Source: an uncultured Pseudomonadales bacterium
GTDB lineage: Bacteria; Patescibacteriota; Microgenomatia; UBA1400; MFAQ01
DNA: 60,648 nucleotides
Assembly: GCA_964348455.1 (NCBI GenBank)
Contig: CAYGCQ010000005.1
Coordinates: 1-60,648, forward strand
Direction: 5' to 3'
How positions within the stretch are numbered: position 1 is the stretch's first letter; the number at the start of each line of letters is the position of its first letter. Below are positions 9,246-18,788 of this stretch, piece by piece. The translations under genes were made by a program, and so were the position numbers. The notes below the pieces were generated by a model, which made no database searches, had not been told where the DNA came from, and saw nothing but the letters and a program-made list of their open reading frames with translations.

Positions 9246-10328
9246 TCATGATCTTATCAAATGAATAACATCTCTCACAGTTATCAGCACCATTAATCCA
9301 ATTAGAAATACCATACCCACAGTATGGACATATCCCTCAATTCTATTTTTGTATTTCTTTCCAATTATTTTCTCTACACCCAAGAAAAACACTCTTCCAC
9401 CATCAAGCGCCGGAAAAGGCATGATGTTTAAGATAGCAAGATTGATAGACAGAATAGCCATAAACTGTAGCACTGCCACCCAACCCACTTTATAAACTTG
9501 CTTGCTCACCTGATAAATGCCAATCGGACCCGACACATCTTTCGGAACTCCTTTACCGGTTAAAATTCCCCAAATCAAAGTCCCCATACTAACTGCAATT
9601 TCTTTCCCCCAAGACCAAGCCTCCTCCATCCCTACTACGACACCGCGAAATGGTCTTTGCCAGACAGGATACATCTTCATTTCAACACTCGAAAGTGCAA
9701 CACCCAAAGCCCCCTCTCCAGCAGGAGGACTTACTCTGGGAGTAAGTTTCACCACTTCAATCGCGCCTGATTTTCCCAACACAGTCAGCTCAATCTCTTT
9801 ACCTTTAAGAGGTTCAACTTTTTCTATAAAGCCATTAACTCCACTAAACTGGATTTCTTGATTATCAAAAGTAATTTTCTGTATCTCACTTTCTATTTTT
9901 ATTCCTGCAGCTTCGGCTGGAGTTCCCTTACCAACATCTACCACCATAACCTTATCGGTCTCTGTCGGAATACCTAGATATGTATACACAACTCCAAAAG
10001 CCAAAACTCCCAGTAAAAAATTCATCGTTACCCCAGCAACAAGTACGCCAGCTCTTTGCCAAATGGGCTTATTAAAAAATGCCTCTGGCGAATTAGCCTG
10101 AGTAGGATCTTCCATATCCTCACCAAAGAGCTTTACAAAACCTCCAATAGGCAGCCAATTTAGACTAAAAAGTGTCCCCTTGTGGGTAAATAATTTTCTT
10201 GCTCTAGGAGGGAGCCCAATTCCGAATTCATCAACTCTCATCTTAAAAAGCTTGGCCATGAGATAGTGACCCAGCTCATGAATAAGAACCAAAATAGAAA
10301 GCATTAAGATAAAAACGACTATTTGCAT
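9246..10328 (-). CDS. rseP: RIP metalloprotease RseP (M50 with PDZ domain)
   Basis: HELGHY zinc motif at the N-terminus, a PDZ-like middle domain, and NLAILNIMPFPALDGG at the C-terminus. Confidence 0.9.
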   Translation of the reverse strand: MQIVVFILMLSILVLIHELGHYLMAKLFKMRVDEFGIGLPPRARKLFTHKGTLFSLNWLPIGGFVKLFGEDMEDPTQANSPEAFFNKPIWQRAGVLVAGVTMNFLLGVLAFGVVYTYLGIPTETDKVMVVDVGKGTPAEAAGIKIESEIQKITFDNQEIQFSGVNGFIEKVEPLKGKEIELTVLGKSGAIEVVKLTPRVSPPAGEGALGVALSSVEMKMYPVWQRPFRGVVVGMEEAWSWGKEIAVSMGTLIWGILTGKGVPKDVSGPIGIYQVSKQVYKVGWVAVLQFMAILSINLAILNIMPFPALDGGRVFFLGVEKIIGKKYKNRIEGYVHTVGMVFLIGLMVLITVRDVIHLIRS

Positions 10329-10414
10329 CGTTTAATCTTACCAAACAAATCAAACTAACAACCAACATGTCTTGAATTCTTGAATACTTGCGTTCTTGAT
10401 TTCTTGAGTTCTTT

Positions 10415-10978
10415 TTAGACCGCCATCACTTCGTCTTCTTTTTTTCGACTCATTTCTTCGATCTTCTCATTGAACTCGCCCGTGATCTTGTCTAAATCTT
10501 CCAAAAGCATATAGATATCGTCCTCAGAAACTTCCTTCATATCCTTTAGAGCATCAATCTTGTCTTTTACATCTTGCCTGGCCTGTCGAAGCATAATTTT
10601 TCCAGACTCGGTCTTCTGTTTCAAAAGTTTCACGAAGTCCAATCTTCTTTCTTGAGTTAGTGAAGGAATAACAATTCTGATTAAATCTCCAGAGACTGCA
10701 CCAGAAAGCTGCAGCTCACTATCACTAATCGCCTTCTCCACAGCACCGAGTAAACTTCTATCAAAAGGCGTCACGATTAACATATTTGTGTCTGGGGCAG
10801 TAATGGTTGCCACTTCCTGAAGCTTCATCCAAGATCCATATGCCGGCACAGAAATTCCTGAAACTAATTCCGGCTTCGCCCTTCCTACACGTACTGTAGA
10901 AAAATCTTCTTCGACCACCTCAATGACCTTTGCAAATTTTTGTCTTAATAATTGAATCAGTTCGTGTTCTAATACCAT
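10415..10978 (-). CDS. frr: ribosome recycling factor
   Basis: 187 aa with typical RRF sequence (..RVGRAKPELV.., ..LTQERR..). Confidence 0.9.
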   Translation of the reverse strand: MVLEHELIQLLRQKFAKVIEVVEEDFSTVRVGRAKPELVSGISVPAYGSWMKLQEVATITAPDTNMLIVTPFDRSLLGAVEKAISDSELQLSGAVSGDLIRIVIPSLTQERRLDFVKLLKQKTESGKIMLRQARQDVKDKIDALKDMKEVSEDDIYMLLEDLDKITGEFNEKIEEMSRKKEDEVMAV

Positions 10979-10995
10979 ATGGATTTATTCTAACA

Positions 10996-11352
10996 TTACT
11001 TACTGTTTTTAAGAGGATCATAATCAGATCTCCTTTCACCTTCAGTCTCGTCCGCACCCAAAGAATTTTCAGCAGAATTTTTGAATGGATTAGGCTTCAA
11101 ATCTTTCGGGTCAACTTTATTAAAAACTCTAATCTCACCTATGTTAGGTAAATCAGAAGTAGCCTCTTTTTGATCTTTTTGTCTGGCAGCTTTTTCTTCA
11201 GCTAGTCTTTGAGTTTCAACATTCACACCAGACTTGAAGGAGTTCATTAATCTTCGCCGATAAGCTTCTTTTTCTGTTTCACCTTCTTTCGGACCATCAA
11301 GATCCAACACTTTTGAATTAAGTACTTTATCTTCTGGTTGTGTCGATTCCAT
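10996..11352 (-). CDS. hypothetical charged protein
   Basis: 118-aa ORF directly upstream of frr. No motif recognised. Confidence 0.5.
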   Translation of the reverse strand: MESTQPEDKVLNSKVLDLDGPKEGETEKEAYRRRLMNSFKSGVNVETQRLAEEKAARQKDQKEATSDLPNIGEIRVFNKVDPKDLKPNPFKNSAENSLGADETEGERRSDYDPLKNSK

Positions 11353-11448
11353 ATCCCTAAATCTACCACAAGTAAAGATACTTAATCCATATTCATATAA
11401 GAACTAAAGAAAATCGGACGGACACGAGGCACAAATCGGCACGAAGAA

Positions 11449-11476
11449 TTGACATCGTGCCTATAAGATATATAAT
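11449..11476 (+). promoter_or_regulatory. sigma70-type promoter for the 11519 gene
   Basis: TTGACA (11449-11454), 16-nt spacer, TATAAT (11471-11476). Confidence 0.65.
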
Positions 11477-11518
11477 CCAACTATAAGATTTCTTTGAAAT
11501 TCTATTTATGAGGAGGAC

Positions 11519-12253
11519 ATGATGAATTTATGCTCCCTAGTCGGGGGATGTTTACAGTTTTACGGACTTCTGTTTGGAGTTCTGATCGTAGTTTTTGCAA
11601 TCTGGCTAAACAAGAACGATCCTTCTGTCGCAAAGATGGTTCTAAGCGTGGCGGTAAGTATAATTCTTACAGCAGTTATCTTTATCATCTCCAATCCAGC
11701 ATATGCCGGGACCGTGATTATCAACTTGCTTATTGGTTTTGGTGCCATGGGCTTGTTGTACTTTAGCAAAGGATCATGGAGCGGCTTCGCTGGAAGTATC
11801 GTGGTCGCTGTTGTGGTCCTGGCAATATACATGGCCTACGCGAATCCAGGCTACGCCTTTTTAATCGGCATTGGCCTGCTTTTAGCCATCGTAGCTATTG
11901 CTATCCTTGGTGTGGTAATCCATGGCATGAATAAAGGTTACACCTACAAAAGGCCAGAAAAAGTCCGAGTATCGCTAATCGACGAAAAAACAGGTAAAAA
12001 ACTAATCGCAAATGGAAGAACAGGCGGTTATATAGGGCCAGGAGAATATGCTGCAGAGAACCAGCCTACTCACTCTGTATATCAGCTTCAGGAGATTGTC
12101 AGGCAAGCTCAGAATCTATTTCCTGACCCCAAAGAGAGAGCGACTTACCTTCTATCTAGCCCTCAATACCCCCAAGTTGAACCATACATCGATAGAGAAA
12201 CAGCCCAGGTCATAAAACTACTTCCTAGAAACGTTCAAGTAAATCGAGAATAG
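11519..12253 (+). CDS. hypothetical polytopic membrane protein
   Basis: AGGAGG RBS, about 5 TM helices, soluble C-terminal tail, terminator downstream. Confidence 0.7.
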   Translation: MMNLCSLVGGCLQFYGLLFGVLIVVFAIWLNKNDPSVAKMVLSVAVSIILTAVIFIISNPAYAGTVIINLLIGFGAMGLLYFSKGSWSGFAGSIVVAVVVLAIYMAYANPGYAFLIGIGLLLAIVAIAILGVVIHGMNKGYTYKRPEKVRVSLIDEKTGKKLIANGRTGGYIGPGEYAAENQPTHSVYQLQEIVRQAQNLFPDPKERATYLLSSPQYPQVEPYIDRETAQVIKLLPRNVQVNRE

Positions 12254-12274
12254 ACGATTTTTCAAAAACAAAAT

Positions 12275-12298
12275 ACCCGCCCTAGCAGCGGGTTTTTT
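12275..12298 (+). terminator. intrinsic terminator
   Basis: cccgcc-ctagca-gcggg hairpin followed by TTTTTT. Confidence 0.75.
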
Positions 12299-12399
12299 AC
12301 TGGGCAAAGCGACATCTACGGCTATACTTTTAACCACAATTGTGTTATTATAGGACGTCGTTTTGCAAATTCACATCTAAATCAAAAAAAGGAGCTCGC

Positions 12400-13236
12400 A
12401 TGTCAGCCAAAAAACCTAGGAAATCTCTGATGAAAATGATGATGGGAATCCCCCCAGAAGAAAACCTCGTCTGGGGCATGATCAGGAAGCAAGGAAATCC
12501 GATACATCAAGTACTCGCCTTTCTGGCATTTCTGTTCGGACTCTGGTTTGCCTACCAAAGCTTCGAAGCTGCTCTTGCATTTGTCGTGGCCATTGTTTTA
12601 CACGAATTTGGCCACTGGTTTATCTTTCAACTAAACGACATCAAGGCAAAGGTGTATCTGCTATTCCCTCTTGGAGCCGTAGCCGCTCCAGTCACAAAAG
12701 AAGAGGATGATCGTTCTGATTTGCTCCCTTGGTGGAATATCGCCTGGATGCTTCTGGCCGGGCCCACAATAAACTTCGTTCAAATGGTAGCAGGCCTAGC
12801 CATGATTCATTTTGGCATTTTCCCTAGCTTTGGGTATGAATTGGTCTTGATTAACGGAATGCTTGGAGCTTTCAACCTCCTCCCGTTGATAAACATGGAC
12901 GGTGGTCAATTCTTCCATGTCATCTATTCCTCACTCAAGGAGGAGTACGATTTCCTTGTCGCCATCGTAGGGTTGCTAATCACCGCTGCCATCGTTGTGA
13001 TTATTTACTTCTCCCCACTTGGACAAGGAGCACTAATTATTCTAGGTATTCCGGCTATGAAGTCAGTCTGGGTGATATTCTTTGGCCTTATGGGTGCCGG
13101 AATCTGGCACAAACAAGGAAAAGATAATCCTCTTCATTCGAAGAGTGGACAGGCCATGACTCCTAAGCAGGCCGTTATTCAGCTTACTTACTATGTTCTT
13201 CTCGTAGCAGGAATCTTGTTCCTGATGACAATCTAA
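12400..13236 (+). CDS. M50-family (site-2 protease-like) membrane metalloprotease
   Basis: HEFGHW zinc motif and NLLPLINMDGG motif. The ATG at 12400 is preceded by AAAGGAG, so the tracked longer start is rejected. Confidence 0.8.
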   Translation: MSAKKPRKSLMKMMMGIPPEENLVWGMIRKQGNPIHQVLAFLAFLFGLWFAYQSFEAALAFVVAIVLHEFGHWFIFQLNDIKAKVYLLFPLGAVAAPVTKEEDDRSDLLPWWNIAWMLLAGPTINFVQMVAGLAMIHFGIFPSFGYELVLINGMLGAFNLLPLINMDGGQFFHVIYSSLKEEYDFLVAIVGLLITAAIVVIIYFSPLGQGALIILGIPAMKSVWVIFFGLMGAGIWHKQGKDNPLHSKSGQAMTPKQAVIQLTYYVLLVAGILFLMTI

Positions 13237-13242
13237 AAGCAA

Positions 13243-13265
13243 ACCCCGCCATCGGCGGGGTTTTT
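13243..13265 (+). terminator. intrinsic terminator
   Basis: ccccgcc-atc-ggcgggg hairpin followed by TTTTT. Confidence 0.8.
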
Positions 13266-13302
13266 AATATAATGAAATATTATTTAGGCCATTTTTAAGC
13301 AC

Positions 13303-13330
13303 AAAAAACCCGGCGTTAACCGGGTTTTTT
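13303..13330. terminator. bidirectional intrinsic terminator (serves tsf on the minus strand)
   Basis: AAAAAA-cccggcgttaaccggg-TTTTTT. Confidence 0.75.
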
Positions 13331-13348
13331 GAATAATAAAATATTTAA

Positions 13349-13819
13349 TTATTTCGTCTCACAACTCTCAGCCACACCCAGCTTGAATCTAGCAAATCTG
13401 GTCACTCGAATATTCTCACCGGTCTTACCGGAAAGATCCTTGACCAATTCATCCATAGTCTTACTACTGTCACGGATGTAATCTTGCTTCATAAGTTCTT
13501 CAACGTCTTTAGGATCCATAGACACAATCTGCAGAGCAATCTCTTTGCAGAGAGTCTCGAAATCAGGAGTCTTAGCTACAAAGTCCGTTTCACACGCCAC
13601 TTCCACCATCGCGGCTGCTGAGCCACCACCGTGGGTGTAACAGTAAACTCGACCACTTCGAACTTCACGGTCAGCTTTACTTTCGGCCTTCTGGATACCC
13701 TTTGCTTTAATTATTTCCATGGCCTTTGCCATATCGCCCTTAGCCTCTTCTAGGGCTTTTTTTGCATCCATAATACCGGCACCGGTATTCTCTCTTAATT
13801 CTTTAATCTTTTCCATCAT
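13349..13819 (-). CDS. tsf: elongation factor Ts (short form)
   Basis: UBA-like N-terminus IKELRENTGAGIMDAKKAL, ETDFVAKT motif, rpsB-tsf synteny. Confidence 0.9.
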   Translation of the reverse strand: MMEKIKELRENTGAGIMDAKKALEEAKGDMAKAMEIIKAKGIQKAESKADREVRSGRVYCYTHGGGSAAAMVEVACETDFVAKTPDFETLCKEIALQIVSMDPKDVEELMKQDYIRDSSKTMDELVKDLSGKTGENIRVTRFARFKLGVAESCETK

Positions 13820-13844
13820 ATTCTTTTAGTCTAATTAATATGTC

Positions 13845-13906
13845 GTCATTCCTGCGAAGGTGGGCTGAAAGTCCTGATCTTCTGAGGGAAATCCATCAAA
13901 TAAATT
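13845..13906. repeat. family A palindromic element, partial/rearranged copy
   Basis: gtcattcctgcgaagg .. aaatccatcaaataaattcc with an internal insertion and no right terminal repeat. Sits between tsf and rpsB. Confidence 0.6.
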
Positions 13907-13908
13907 CC

Positions 13909-14979
13909 TTATTTCGCAACTTCCTTCCTTGCATTAAGCCCATTCTCTATGGCCTGACCCAGGACTCTTACCAAGATTTCCAGTCCTTTAGCGGAGTCAT
14001 CATTCATAGGAATAATGTAGTCAATTGGGTCCGGATTTGCATTTGAGTCTACTAAGCCAATAACTTTAACTTCCCGACTTGAAGCTTCTTTAACGGCTAA
14101 TTTCTCCTTATGAGTATCAAAAACGACCACCACTTCAGGGGCTTCTTTTAGCATAGCAATGCCACCAACAATTCTCTCCAGTTTATTTATTTCTTTATCG
14201 AATAAAAGCTGTTCCTTCTTGGTGTATTTCTTAAGCTGGCCAGATTCTCTTTGGGATTTCAAAGAATTCAACCTATCTAAAGTCAACTTGAGCTGTTTCC
14301 AATTTGTAATCAGTCCACCCATCCAGCGCTGAGTGATAAAAGGAATATTAAGTCTTTTTGCTTCTTCTTCCACCATCTGCCTAACCTGTCTCTTTGTTCC
14401 AACAAGGACAATTCTCTTACCTGCAGCAGCCATCTCAGCTAAATCCTTAGTAGCTTCGGCTATGCCAGCAACGGTCTTTTCTAGATCAAAAATATGAATA
14501 CCATTTCTCGCTCCCCAGAGGTACTTCTTCATCTTAGGATTCCATTTCTTAACCACATGACCATAGTGGGCACCGGCTTCGAATAGTTCTTCGACGGAAG
14601 TTTCAGTTCTTGGATATTCTTTTTTTGGCTCTTCTACTTCTTTGACTTTAGTTTCTACTTTCTCTTCTTTTGTCTCTAAAACTTCACCTTTAACCTCATC
14701 AACTTCAGTCTTTTGAGTTTTTGATTTTTTGATTATTGGAGTTTTTGCCTCTGCAGATTTCTTTACAGGAGTTTTCTTTTCAACAACCTTCTTTTCGGCT
14801 TTAACCTTAGCGGTTTTTACTTCTGGAGTTTTAGCTTCCTGGAGTTCATTTTTAGCAACAGCCTTCTTAGGAGCAGCTTTCTTAACTTCAGCCACCTTCT
14901 TTACAGCTGTCTTCTTAACTACTTTTTTGGTCTCTTTTTCAGTTGCGACCGCAACTTCTTTTTTAGCTTTTGTAGCCAT
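13909..14979 (-). CDS. rpsB: 30S ribosomal protein S2 with a roughly 130-aa Lys/Glu/Val-rich N-terminal extension
   Basis: The S2 core starts near ..LFEAGAHYGH... The N-terminus is a KKxV/KTPV low-complexity tract. Confidence 0.9.
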   Translation of the reverse strand: MATKAKKEVAVATEKETKKVVKKTAVKKVAEVKKAAPKKAVAKNELQEAKTPEVKTAKVKAEKKVVEKKTPVKKSAEAKTPIIKKSKTQKTEVDEVKGEVLETKEEKVETKVKEVEEPKKEYPRTETSVEELFEAGAHYGHVVKKWNPKMKKYLWGARNGIHIFDLEKTVAGIAEATKDLAEMAAAGKRIVLVGTKRQVRQMVEEEAKRLNIPFITQRWMGGLITNWKQLKLTLDRLNSLKSQRESGQLKKYTKKEQLLFDKEINKLERIVGGIAMLKEAPEVVVVFDTHKEKLAVKEASSREVKVIGLVDSNANPDPIDYIIPMNDDSAKGLEILVRVLGQAIENGLNARKEVAK

Positions 14980-15164
14980 ATTTTTTCATCTCTTTTAATC
15001 CTCAGGCACCTTTCAGAGATTCGTGCCGGGACAAATTTCTAATAATTTAACTTCCCTATTCTACCACTCCACGCCCATTCTAGCCACCCACACTTGTTTT
15101 TTAAGCCCTATAATGCTATAATCACACCTAGTTTAAAATTTTAATCTAGCCGAAGGAGGCAGAA

Positions 15165-15281
15165 ATGAAATCAGCACTGATTTTAATTGGAGTCCTAATC
15201 GTTATTTCAATAATTCTGTTGGTCCTGCGTTTCCGGGCCATGTTGTCTGAAAAAGACGAAATCGGACCCAGGCAGTTGTAA
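15165..15281 (+). CDS. 38-aa single-TM peptide (not in ORF track)
   Basis: GAAGGAGG RBS 5 nt before the ATG. Product MKSALILIGVLIVISIILLVLRFRAMLSEKDEIGPRQL. Possible promoter TTGTTT-17-TATAAT (15094-15122). Terminator ctccccctcagggggag+T7 immediately after the stop. Confidence 0.6.
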   Translation: MKSALILIGVLIVISIILLVLRFRAMLSEKDEIGPRQL

Positions 15282-15378
15282 GCTCCCCCTCAGGGGGAGT
15301 TTTTTTGTGCCTCGTCATCGCCAAAAACATTTTACTGTCAACCCGACCGAGAGAAGCGAGTGGAGGGATCTCACTCCA

Positions 15379-16140
15379 TCAAAACTCCGTATCTGCCAGA
15401 TTCTCATACAATGCCACGATAGTCATCGGCCCAACGCCTCCAGGCACGGGAGTGATCAGAGATGCCTTTTCTACGGCATCGGCCGAAATATCTCCCTTAG
15501 GATACCCCAGATCGATACCTACGAAGCCATCTCTTACCATTTCCCCAGTGATAACACCCTCCATGCCTGTACAGCTAATAACGACATCAAAGTCTTTAAG
15601 TTTAGACAGATCATCCCCCTTATCGAACCCTTCTGGATCTATCCCTAGGTCACGCAAACGAGTCATCAAGCGGGCCCCGATTGTTCCCTTGGCCCCTACA
15701 ACCGCCACTCGATCATCCTCACTTATTTTAAAAACCTCTACCACCCTCTCCACAGCTCGAATCACGGCCGGGACGAACCTACTTTTCGGGTTTAAGCCGT
15801 CTACATCCTTACTAGGCTTAATTGAGGACAAAATATGCTCAAGCCCCTTCTTATCCGCTCCGAGCACCGGCAACTGTACCAAAATTCCATCCACAGTTTC
15901 ATCTCTGTTTGCTGCCTTCAGTATATCTAAAAGTTCAGCTTTATCTTTAGCGTAAATTACGGATACCATAGCCCCCAATCTCTCCCCCATTTCATGCTTG
16001 AGTCTGACATAGCTACTCTCATCAGTTCTACCATCGCACTGGAAAATAATCAGACTCTTTCCCAAGAGCCGCTCTGACTCTTCCAAGAAAGTTGCCATTC
16101 TTTCTGCTTCCTTGTTGCCGTCAAATAATACTTTTGCCAT
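15379..16140 (-). CDS. folD: methylenetetrahydrofolate dehydrogenase/cyclohydrolase FolD-like
   Basis: VDGILVQLP, DVDGL and TPVPGGVGPMTI motifs. Shorter than typical FolD. The antisense ORFs 15305..15955 are shadows. Confidence 0.8.
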   Translation of the reverse strand: MAKVLFDGNKEAERMATFLEESERLLGKSLIIFQCDGRTDESSYVRLKHEMGERLGAMVSVIYAKDKAELLDILKAANRDETVDGILVQLPVLGADKKGLEHILSSIKPSKDVDGLNPKSRFVPAVIRAVERVVEVFKISEDDRVAVVGAKGTIGARLMTRLRDLGIDPEGFDKGDDLSKLKDFDVVISCTGMEGVITGEMVRDGFVGIDLGYPKGDISADAVEKASLITPVPGGVGPMTIVALYENLADTEF

Positions 16141-16203
16141 TCTCTAAGTATACCAAGAGCAAAATATCACCCCTACTTGAATGAAACAACTTAGCCCTAT
16201 AGC

Positions 16204-16232
16204 TTGACATATAGCCACAATAATGGTAAAAT
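16204..16232 (+). promoter_or_regulatory. sigma70-type promoter for the 16309 operon
   Basis: TTGACA, 17-nt spacer, TAAAAT. Confidence 0.65.
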
Positions 16233-16308
16233 TCTCAAGATCTTAATCGAGGTGATCCCCTAAGATCACACTTTGAAATTCTATTCGCTTGAAAAGGAGG
16301 TACGTAAA

Positions 16309-17742
16309 GTGACACCACTTCAGATCTTATACGGAACCGTCGTAAGTGGAGTGTGGACAGCACACATAATTGCAGGCATTGTAGCCACAATTGTGCTGGC
16401 AATCTACATTTACGGAAAGTCACGAGGATGTTTACCATCAATTCTCGGTCTCGTGATGCTCGTTGGGCATGTTATCGCTGGCTCCACTCTCAGCAGCTAC
16501 TATGCCGGAGATGCCGTAACCAACGGTGTTGAAGCAGCCAAAAACGAAAACAAAACCTACGTTCAAAAGCTGCATGGCGATTTCACCGGCTACGGAGAGG
16601 ATATCTCCAAATGTTCGGAACCAGTCTACGAGCTACTTGGACACGCAGCCTCAATTGAATCTGGCCGCGAAAAGACTGGATGTTACTATGTACGTCTAGT
16701 TGAGTCCGGTGACGATGATTACTACTGGACACCGATGTTTACGCATGAACGCCGACCTTGGGGATGGTTAAACATCTACAAGGATCAAAAAGTCTATTTC
16801 ACCGATCACAACATTGCCATGAAAGACTGGCAAAGTTACAAAGCAGGAATTTTGGGTATAAATGGCCCAAGCTTTGGTGAAAAGTTCGACTACGAAGACC
16901 CTGCAGCATGGACTGACCTTGTAAACCGACTCGAAAATGGTGAAGTTGTTCATGGGAGTAAAACCAATTATTATTTTAATTATTTGCTTCCGACTGACAC
17001 CATTCTCAAAGATGACTGGTCAAGCAAGTTACCAATGTACGAAGGAAACCTGCCCACCATCAACCCGATTTACGATGTCTACAAATACGACTTCATTCAA
17101 TGGGGTAAAGGTATGGCACTGAACGATGCCACCAAAACCTCCTGGCAACAGCATGGCTCAAACTGGGGCAATAACGCCGGACCAACCCTTGAAGGGAGCA
17201 CTTTGGTGTACTTCGATCTCGCCAGCCAAATTGACGACCCCGACAGCAAAATCAAAGCAAGCAAAGCCGCGCTGATGCAAGACATCTACGGCAAAGAAAG
17301 CTTGCCCAAGAACTTGGTCATTGTCGAGTGTGGAGTCAGTGATGACTACACCATTATCCTTTGGTGTCGCTTCCAGCAAGGTATGTTCGTTGGCAACAAT
17401 GAACTGGCTGGAGAAATTGCAGCAGTGTCAAACATTCCGTTTACACCCGAAAGTTTTTTTGGCAACATTAGTGCCACAAGCACCAAGGTCGAAAACCCAA
17501 CCCCCGATCATCGCTTCGATGTGGTCTACACATACGATCAAAGCGGTGTAATGGGTCTGGTGTTCAGACTATTCAAACGCGTCGAGATGGCCGATTTTGA
17601 CTACCAAGACACGCTGATTAAGCCTACCCCGCAGCAAATGGAGGATATCGCCTCCAATGCCATTGCCAACGCCTGGAAAGGTATCGGCGGCTTCTATCTT
17701 GCCGTTCTCGCAATCCTCGCAAAAGCGAACAAAAAATCATAA
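16309..17742 (+). CDS. hypothetical membrane protein with a large extracytoplasmic domain
   Basis: GTG start 7 nt after AAGGAGG, two N-terminal TM helices and one C-terminal TM helix. Confidence 0.7.
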   Translation: MTPLQILYGTVVSGVWTAHIIAGIVATIVLAIYIYGKSRGCLPSILGLVMLVGHVIAGSTLSSYYAGDAVTNGVEAAKNENKTYVQKLHGDFTGYGEDISKCSEPVYELLGHAASIESGREKTGCYYVRLVESGDDDYYWTPMFTHERRPWGWLNIYKDQKVYFTDHNIAMKDWQSYKAGILGINGPSFGEKFDYEDPAAWTDLVNRLENGEVVHGSKTNYYFNYLLPTDTILKDDWSSKLPMYEGNLPTINPIYDVYKYDFIQWGKGMALNDATKTSWQQHGSNWGNNAGPTLEGSTLVYFDLASQIDDPDSKIKASKAALMQDIYGKESLPKNLVIVECGVSDDYTIILWCRFQQGMFVGNNELAGEIAAVSNIPFTPESFFGNISATSTKVENPTPDHRFDVVYTYDQSGVMGLVFRLFKRVEMADFDYQDTLIKPTPQQMEDIASNAIANAWKGIGGFYLAVLAILAKANKKS

Positions 17743-17762
17743 GTCTCAATAAAGGAGAAAGA

Positions 17763-18611
17763 ATGAAAAAAACAACCCGTCTCATCATGTTACTGTTCGT
17801 AATCGTGTTCACCCTCGCATGTGTGTTGCCCGGCCTCGGCAAGGCACCTGAAGGCTCCAACGTTCCGACCAACATGACCGAGTTCCGCCAGTTCTACAGC
17901 GACTATGTGAAGGCGGAAATCGCTGACAGCGCGTTCTACAAGAGATATGAAGCAAGCTATGCTTCAGGCTACCAAACGATCATCGAACAGAACAAAGTTG
18001 CTCAGAAATGCACTAGCGACTACACCACCTTGGTGCAGGATGCTATGGCAGGTCGTTTTTCGCCAGTTGGTGCTGATGGCTTAACGCCAAGCACTGAAAT
18101 CAATGCTCAAATTGCTATTGACGCCTACGCTCCAACAGAAGGCTATCCGGGAGATCCGGCTATCTGTCAAGGCCTTATGGCGGAACTTTTCAAAAGCATT
18201 GAAAATTGGCGCAAAAACAATGTTGACTTGATCACACAGGTTTATGACCGCACAGCAGTCCGAAAAACCATGTTAAATGATGACATTCTCAAAGATGTCA
18301 CCCTAGACATGATTACCTTCGGATCTGATCTGGCCAAAGCCAATGGTTATGATTATCAAGCCAAGTTCATCTTCCCCACTTACAATCTCGAAGTTCCATC
18401 GCACAGCAAAGAGCTCTGCGACCTGTACACTGACTGGGCGACCGACCCAAACAAGACTGGCTACATCAAGCCTGATGACTGGAATCCAGTCACCAAACTG
18501 TGCACTCTCCGCGGTCTCGCCGCTCAGGAATACATGGACAAAGTCATGATGCCCAGTGAAGTCGGCGCCATGTTCGATACAGGCGAAGAAGTTTCCCCCC
18601 TCAATCAGTAA
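17763..18611 (+). CDS. hypothetical lipoprotein
   Basis: AAAGGAG RBS, signal peptide with a lipobox-like FTLAC, co-directional 20 nt after the previous gene. Confidence 0.7.
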   Translation: MKKTTRLIMLLFVIVFTLACVLPGLGKAPEGSNVPTNMTEFRQFYSDYVKAEIADSAFYKRYEASYASGYQTIIEQNKVAQKCTSDYTTLVQDAMAGRFSPVGADGLTPSTEINAQIAIDAYAPTEGYPGDPAICQGLMAELFKSIENWRKNNVDLITQVYDRTAVRKTMLNDDILKDVTLDMITFGSDLAKANGYDYQAKFIFPTYNLEVPSHSKELCDLYTDWATDPNKTGYIKPDDWNPVTKLCTLRGLAAQEYMDKVMMPSEVGAMFDTGEEVSPLNQ

Positions 18612-18633
18612 GAAGAACAAACAAATACTGCAA

Positions 18634-18663
18634 CCCCGTCAGCATTGCTGACGGGGTTTTTTT
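18634..18663 (+). terminator. intrinsic terminator
   Basis: ccccgtcagc-attg-ctgacgggg hairpin followed by T7. Confidence 0.85.
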
Positions 18664-18788
18664 ATATCCAATTTTCACCCCATAACTTGACTTTTAGGCA
18701 CTAAAGGGTATAATAACCCAACTTTAGAACTTCGGTTCTAACTTAGTTCGTTGAAAAACCATATCTAGAAATTTCAAAGGAGGCTGAA

